In this document: positions 59,200 through 64,000 of the stretch, piece by piece
Position numbering within the stretch: the first letter of the stretch is position 1
How the letters are laid out: the number at the start of each line of letters is the position of its first letter
Assembly: GCA_017416805.1 (NCBI GenBank)
Contig: JAFQBB010000030.1
Coordinates: 16,341 to 80,340, forward strand
DNA length: 64,000 nucleotides
Direction of reading: 5' to 3'
From: Bacteroidaceae bacterium
Lineage (GTDB): Bacteria; Bacteroidota; Bacteroidia; Bacteroidales; Bacteroidaceae
Position numbers and translations under genes: made by a program
Notes under the pieces: model-generated
What the model was told of the DNA's origin: nothing
The model's database searches: none
The model's input: the letters and a program-made list of their open reading frames with translations, nothing else

Positions 59200-59662
59200 G
59201 GCTCAAGTGTTTTAATTGATAAAGTTCGTATTCGAATCTTCCGATGTAGAGCACGAAGATGCTGAACAGGCAGAAAATGATGAAATACAGGTAGAGACCA
59301 CCGAAGATTATCCATGTGCCCACAATCAGTAGCACCGCATTGATTTTGACGGCCCATGCGAAGGATTGGAAGCGGAGGGCGGTTATCATCTCATCCTCTT
59401 CGCGTTCGCGGGAGAAGGAAATGAATAGCAGCGACACCATCAGCAGGGCTAAACTCAATTCCATCAGCATTCCTTGGCTCTCCCATGTAATGCCACTGTT
59501 TTGGGTCGTGTATTTGTCAAGGGAGAAACACAGTGTGGGGAAGGAGAGAAGGTAATCATCAATCACATCACCAAGGGTCAATACGTAAAGGACCAGCGAG
59601 GGGATAAGCAGTATCCAACCAATCCGCTTGCAGATGGGTGGAAATAAAAAATTCTTCTTCAT
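59189..59662 (-). CDS. Small multi-pass membrane protein (paralog A), overlapping the HTH gene by 11 nt
   Basis: Four hydrophobic segments. Central FSREREEDEMITALRFQS motif shared with the next ORF. Confidence 0.6.
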   Translation of the reverse strand: MKKNFLFPPICKRIGWILLIPSLVLYVLTLGDVIDDYLLSFPTLCFSLDKYTTQNSGITWESQGMLMELSLALLMVSLLFISFSREREEDEMITALRFQSFAWAVKINAVLLIVGTWIIFGGLYLYFIIFCLFSIFVLYIGRFEYELYQLKHLSHEE

Positions 59663-59682
59663 ACGTCTTTCTTTTTTTGTGG

Positions 59683-60126
59683 TTATACTTCCTCTTCATA
59701 CTTCAGACTACGGTTCTCCTTCCAAAGGAAGAACTTGAACAATAGGACATAGATTAGGACGGGCTTTAAGAATATACCCTTGATTGTACTAATTTCTGCA
59801 TAAGCAAGAGGGCTGAAGATATGAGACAGGAGGATATTTGCCAATGGATTCAAGATTACCAATGCGGCATAAATGATGGCCGTGATACCCAGTGTGTTCA
59901 TACGGATGCTACGGATGCGTTCGTCCTCATACTCCTCCTGTGCAAAGGCCATGATGAGGAATGCTATGGTCCATAGAATTACACCTATTACCCATTGTTC
60001 GCAGACAAGGAATGATTCTTTATGCGTATCCAGAAAGAATCCCCAAAGCATCATACCTGCACCCATTCCGGCAATTGTCCAACCGGCCGTTTGCCACCCG
60101 TGTGGCAATAATTTGAATGTTTTCAT
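59683..60126 (-). CDS. Small multi-pass membrane protein (paralog B)
   Basis: Four hydrophobic segments. Central FAQEEYEDERIRSIRMNT motif. Confidence 0.6.
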   Translation of the reverse strand: MKTFKLLPHGWQTAGWTIAGMGAGMMLWGFFLDTHKESFLVCEQWVIGVILWTIAFLIMAFAQEEYEDERIRSIRMNTLGITAIIYAALVILNPLANILLSHIFSPLAYAEISTIKGIFLKPVLIYVLLFKFFLWKENRSLKYEEEV

Positions 60127-60349
60127 GTTACTTGTTTGTTTTTAAGTTATACATTACACATAGTAGTGCGTCTGTCGAGAAAATCTGCAGTCTTTCCTCT
60201 AATGACGCTGCAAATGTAATGTAAACACGACATCCAAACAAGTAAACACGACAAAAAGTAGTGATTTGTTAGCACTAATTAACTTTAAAGGTAAATAAAC
60301 AATAATGTCCTAAGGCTTTTTACCGGACACCATTCAAACCTTTAGTGGT

Positions 60350-62512
60350 TCACTCTGCAATTGTCATTTCTTCGATAAGGTGGTTGCAGTTGCCAAACTT
60401 GTCAAGGATGAAAAGGATATAGCGGATGTCCACGACGATGCAACGCTGTTTTCCATTGTCGAAATTGATGTCTCCGCTGAGCGATTCCCAATTGCCGTCG
60501 AAGGCAGTTCCGATAAGTTGCCCGTAGGCATTCATGACCGGACTTCCACTGTTTCCGCCGGTAATGTCATTAGTCGTGATGAAACATACGGGAAGTTGCC
60601 CGTTAGCATCTGCATAGCGGCCATATTCTTTCTTTTTGTACAACTCTTTAAGTTTTGTCGGTACTATGAAATCAGAGTTTGTAGAATCTTCTTTTTCCAT
60701 AACACCTTCGAGGGTTGTATAGTAGTCATACTGAACACCGTTTCGTGGCGAGTATGTCTTTATATTTCCGTAAGTAAGCCGGATGGTGAAGTTTGCATCA
60801 GGGGCTTTCGGGGTAGGGGCATACATCTCGCAAAGACCGCGTACATAGGTCTTGTGGAGCAGATTCAGTTCGTCTTTGATGGGGAGCATTCTCTTGCTGA
60901 CATTGCGATAGAAGTCCCATTTTGCACGCGAATAGGCTGTGGCCAAATCCCGATTGATGGCTTTTATTGTCGGTCTTTTGAGAAATTTCTCCAACTTTTC
61001 TTCACTGCTGGTGATGGAATTATTGTACAGGTCATCAATATACCGGTCAGTATCCCCTTTATATTTTTTTTCAATAGTCTGATAGAAGTCGGGCATTTCT
61101 TTTGTCAGGGTTGCATAGAGTGGAATGAGGGCCTTGGCGACTTTACGGTCCACTTCATGGTTGTAGTCTTTATTGTGAATGTTGTAGAAGGCTGTACGGA
61201 TGGCGAAGGTCCATTTTTCAACCGCTGCTTTGTCTTTCTGTCCGAGAGCCTTTTTCAGGCTGTCCATCATGGCATAGGGGGCGCCGAACTCAATGGCGTT
61301 CATAAACGTTTCGCGGAAGGCTGTGTTCAGCAATACGGTGGAGTTGCTTCTCTTTACGGTTTCATCAATACCATCCACTACATTCTGATATTCAGAGTTT
61401 CCGCAGGAGTCTGCAAATGTCATGAAAAGGGCTTCTTGTTTGCTTTTTGCTTCGCGCACTTTATTGTCAATGATGGCTTTGTTCATGCCGATGGAGTTCT
61501 TCCAATAGTTGCTGCTTTGTGCATATTTGCTGGCATATTGTATGCGTACTTTATGATCGGCAGCCATGGCTTCTTTCAATATAGTCTGGCGGGCTTCGCG
61601 AATCTTGATGCGTGGAGTGTTCACACAATCCATGCGTTGTTGCACTTCACTGCGGGTCAGGAAGCGTTCGGTACTTCCCGGAAAACCCATAATCATGGCA
61701 TAGTCACCTTCTTGCAGGTCGCCAAGTGATATAGTCAGATGATTAGGGGTCTTTAACGGTACGTTTGTATCGCTGTATTCGGCAGGTTCTCCAATGCTGT
61801 CGGCATAAATGCGGAAAATGGAGAAATCGCACGTATGTCGGGGCCACATCCAATTGTCCGTTTCCCCACCAAACTTGCCGATGGACGAGGGAGGGGCAGC
61901 TACCATGCGTACGTCGGGATAGACTTTCTTGTAGAATAAGTAATAACGGTTACCTGCAAAAAAAGGCAAACATTGTGCTTCAATGCCGGGTTGGCCGTGA
62001 TAATTGCTGGAAGCTAACTGGCGGTCGGCAAACCTTTGTAGAAACACTTGACTGAACGAACCATATTCCGTTATTTCTTTCCTGTTGATGCATGCACGGA
62101 TGCTATCTGTCACATCAATGATTTTTTCGATAAAGGTAAAGGTCAATCCCGGTGTAGGCAATTCTTCCTCGCGGTTCATAGCCCAAAAACCATTGGCCAG
62201 ATAGTCGTTTTCTTCACTGCTATGTTGCTGGATAGCTCCATATCCACAATGATGGTTGGTAAGAATCAGGCCTTCTCCTGAAATGATTTCGCCAGTACAC
62301 CCACGTCCGAATATGCCTACTGCATCTTTCAATGACGGTTGTTCGGCATTGTAGAGGCTGTCAGTTTCCAATTTCAATCCCTGTTGTTTCATTTTATCGG
62401 TCAGATGCTGCTCTTTCATCATTTGCAGTAACCACATTCCTTCATCGGCCTGTGCAGTGTTTAGTGTCAGCATAGCCAACCATACTGTCATACAAAACTT
62501 TATCGTCTTCAT
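60350..62512 (-). CDS. S46-family dipeptidyl-peptidase (DPP7/DPP11-like)
   Basis: Signal peptide followed by DEGMWLL. Catalytic blocks TNHHCG (His) and GGNSGSPV (Ser). 720 aa. Confidence 0.9.
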   Translation of the reverse strand: MKTIKFCMTVWLAMLTLNTAQADEGMWLLQMMKEQHLTDKMKQQGLKLETDSLYNAEQPSLKDAVGIFGRGCTGEIISGEGLILTNHHCGYGAIQQHSSEENDYLANGFWAMNREEELPTPGLTFTFIEKIIDVTDSIRACINRKEITEYGSFSQVFLQRFADRQLASSNYHGQPGIEAQCLPFFAGNRYYLFYKKVYPDVRMVAAPPSSIGKFGGETDNWMWPRHTCDFSIFRIYADSIGEPAEYSDTNVPLKTPNHLTISLGDLQEGDYAMIMGFPGSTERFLTRSEVQQRMDCVNTPRIKIREARQTILKEAMAADHKVRIQYASKYAQSSNYWKNSIGMNKAIIDNKVREAKSKQEALFMTFADSCGNSEYQNVVDGIDETVKRSNSTVLLNTAFRETFMNAIEFGAPYAMMDSLKKALGQKDKAAVEKWTFAIRTAFYNIHNKDYNHEVDRKVAKALIPLYATLTKEMPDFYQTIEKKYKGDTDRYIDDLYNNSITSSEEKLEKFLKRPTIKAINRDLATAYSRAKWDFYRNVSKRMLPIKDELNLLHKTYVRGLCEMYAPTPKAPDANFTIRLTYGNIKTYSPRNGVQYDYYTTLEGVMEKEDSTNSDFIVPTKLKELYKKKEYGRYADANGQLPVCFITTNDITGGNSGSPVMNAYGQLIGTAFDGNWESLSGDINFDNGKQRCIVVDIRYILFILDKFGNCNHLIEEMTIAE

Positions 62513-62613
62513 TTTCCTAATTTATGTTCAAATTGTGGCGCAAAAGTACATAAAATCTATATAAAAAACACTAACACCTGCGGCTTTTCATTGTGCTTAT
62601 TAATTATAGATTG

Positions 62614-62621
62614 TAATTTTG
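62614..62621 (+). promoter_or_regulatory. Candidate -7 box TAATTTTG
   Basis: Matches TAnnTTTG, 6 nt upstream of the ATG at 62627. Confidence 0.35.
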
Positions 62622-62626
62622 TGGCC

Positions 62627-63298
62627 ATGAAAAAGAACTTTTTCTTACTTCATCTGTTTATATTGCTTGCCACTGCCTGTTCTACATATAGGGTAGAGGG
62701 GGTCTCCTCTGTCCCGTCGCTTGATGGTCAGCGGCTCTATCTGAAAGTTGTTGATGAAGATTCTGTCATTGACTTGGATTCGTGTGAGATAGTACACGGA
62801 ACTTTCTGTATGAAGGGAGAAATTGATTCTGTCATGTTGGCATCGCTATATTTGGGCGGAGAGATGCTGATGCCTTTTGTGCTTGAAAAAGGAAAAATAA
62901 AAATCACGATTGAAAACAAAGGGCTTGAAGCTGGTGGTACCTATTTGAACAATCAACTTTATGATTTTATCAGACAGAAAAATGACCTTGAACAACGGCT
63001 TGCAGACATTTCACACAAGCAGATGCAGTTGATAATGAATGGAGTATCAGCTGATGAGGCTGAGCGTCGTACCACACAAGATACAGATACTTTAGTGGCA
63101 GAAATGAATCGTTTGGTGGCCGATTTTGTTATTGTAAACTCTGACAATGTGCTTGGTCTTCAGATATTCACCATCTATTGTCAAAGTTTTCCTCGCCCTG
63201 TCATGACCCCTACGATACGCGAGATTATAGAAGAAGCCTCAACTTCTTTCATGGAAACTCCTTTTGTGAAAGATTATCTCCAGAAAGCCGGAAAGTAA
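62627..63298 (+). CDS. DUF4369-like lipoprotein
   Basis: MKKNFFLLHLFILLATAC lipobox. The N-domain resembles the N-domain of the TlpA-like protein at 57770-58936. Confidence 0.6.
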   Translation: MKKNFFLLHLFILLATACSTYRVEGVSSVPSLDGQRLYLKVVDEDSVIDLDSCEIVHGTFCMKGEIDSVMLASLYLGGEMLMPFVLEKGKIKITIENKGLEAGGTYLNNQLYDFIRQKNDLEQRLADISHKQMQLIMNGVSADEAERRTTQDTDTLVAEMNRLVADFVIVNSDNVLGLQIFTIYCQSFPRPVMTPTIREIIEEASTSFMETPFVKDYLQKAGK

Positions 63299-63374
63299 AG
63301 ATAAACAAGCTATAGCTGTACTATTTTTTTGATAAGAGGGAAGGAGTTTCTTCGTTTATGTATGGAATAATTTG

Positions 63375-63382
63375 TATTTTTG
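63375..63382 (+). promoter_or_regulatory. Candidate -7 box TATTTTTG
   Basis: Matches TAnnTTTG, 44 nt upstream of the ATG at 63426. Confidence 0.45.
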
Positions 63383-63425
63383 CTCCCGAATTGTCAGTTT
63401 TTTAGTAATAAATTAATTTGAATAC

Positions 63426-64000
63426 ATGAAAAAACATTATTGTATTTTGGGAGTTTTCTGCTTTGCCGGATGGTGCATCCCTGTTTCCGCAGAAGAGAGT
63501 GAGCAGAAAGAGATAACCTCGGAGTATATCACTAACGCTTCATTTGAGAGCGATAATCCTGCTAACCTGACAGTCGTGAACAATAGTGCTGACGGGTTGC
63601 GTGGATATACATTGGCTCAACCTGTAGGGTGGAGTGTGGAGGGAACGGGGGTTACCCAATTGCTTGTTACACCAGAATGTTATGCTGATAACAATTTCGG
63701 ACTCATCACTCAAGTAAGCGATGGGAATCAAGCCTATTATTTGCGTATGGGATGGAGTACGGGAACCACAACGGTGAAACAAACGGTAAAGAATCTGCCT
63801 GCAGGGAATTATCTGCTCACAGTCGCTCATCGTACCGGATATGTCAACAATGCTACTTCATCAATAAATATCTCTGTCGGCAGCGAAGAAATTACAGAGA
63901 GTTTCAATCAAGGAAGTACAGGCTTTTTTACTACTGCAAAGTGGAATACCACGGCTCTGCCTTTTGTGGTAGATGTTGATGGTGATGTGGAATTGGCTTT
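63426..64000 (+). CDS. Secreted protein of unknown function, beta-sandwich/CBM-like; the 3' end lies outside the window
   Basis: Not in the ORF track because no stop is reached. My manual translation of frame 3 from the ATG at 63426 is open to the window end: MKKHYCILGVFCFAGWCIPVSAEESEQKEITSEYITNASFES... Confidence 0.6.
   Translation, partial: MKKHYCILGVFCFAGWCIPVSAEESEQKEITSEYITNASFESDNPANLTVVNNSADGLRGYTLAQPVGWSVEGTGVTQLLVTPECYADNNFGLITQVSDGNQAYYLRMGWSTGTTTVKQTVKNLPAGNYLLTVAHRTGYVNNATSSINISVGSEEITESFNQGSTGFFTTAKWNTTALPFVVDVDGDVELA

Overview
This is 64 kb of a Bacteroidales chromosome. It looks Prevotella/Segatella-like from gene content, T9SS C-terminal sorting domains and TAnnTTTG-type promoter boxes, but the taxon is an inference. 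The window is densely coding and mostly core metabolism.

Gene content in order:
- A partial UvrD/AddA-type helicase-nuclease.
- A minus-strand xylan/xylo-oligosaccharide cluster: GH8, GH67, two tandem SGNH esterase paralogs, GH43, a GPH xyloside symporter and an alpha/beta esterase.
- An OPT transporter.
- A long minus-strand pentose/arabinose cluster: rpiB, tkt, an FGGY kinase, araA, araD, a Nudix/NrtR-type regulator, an SSS symporter and a mutarotase.
- A galactose module: galK, an MFS transporter and a second mutarotase.
- Housekeeping genes: folC, dnaJ, grpE, an ABC-F ATPase, an HD hydrolase, coaE, yajC, nusB, rplY, pth and an Hsp15-like protein.
- A T9SS-sorted surface protein followed by a small acidic peptide.
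- acd-etfA-etfB.
- An OmpR-type response regulator, a histidine kinase and a PepSY-like protein.
- Rubrerythrin, dnaG, a TlpA-like lipoprotein, a small HTH regulator with two paralogous membrane proteins, an S46 dipeptidyl peptidase, and two more lipoprotein or secreted proteins.

I recognised no rRNA, tRNA, CRISPR, transposase, integrase or phage genes.

The unusual content is non-coding. Almost every intergenic gap inside the operons is completely filled by long imperfect hairpins whose arms are short tandem 'words'. There are at least five word families.
- One family (GGAGTTAAAGGAGTTATC) has five to six copies. One of those copies carries a four-helix-bundle gene of the 23S-IVS/Avd type, inserted in the acd-etf operon. 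This is my best candidate for an undescribed IVS-like or MITE-like element system.
- Separately, there are four tandem arrays with a strict 22-23 bp period. Two are homologous to each other and sit in the same orientation upstream of operons. One consists of three perfect TGAACATATGTTCA palindromes.

All functional readings of these non-coding elements are hypotheses that need folding, comparative and transcriptomic checks.
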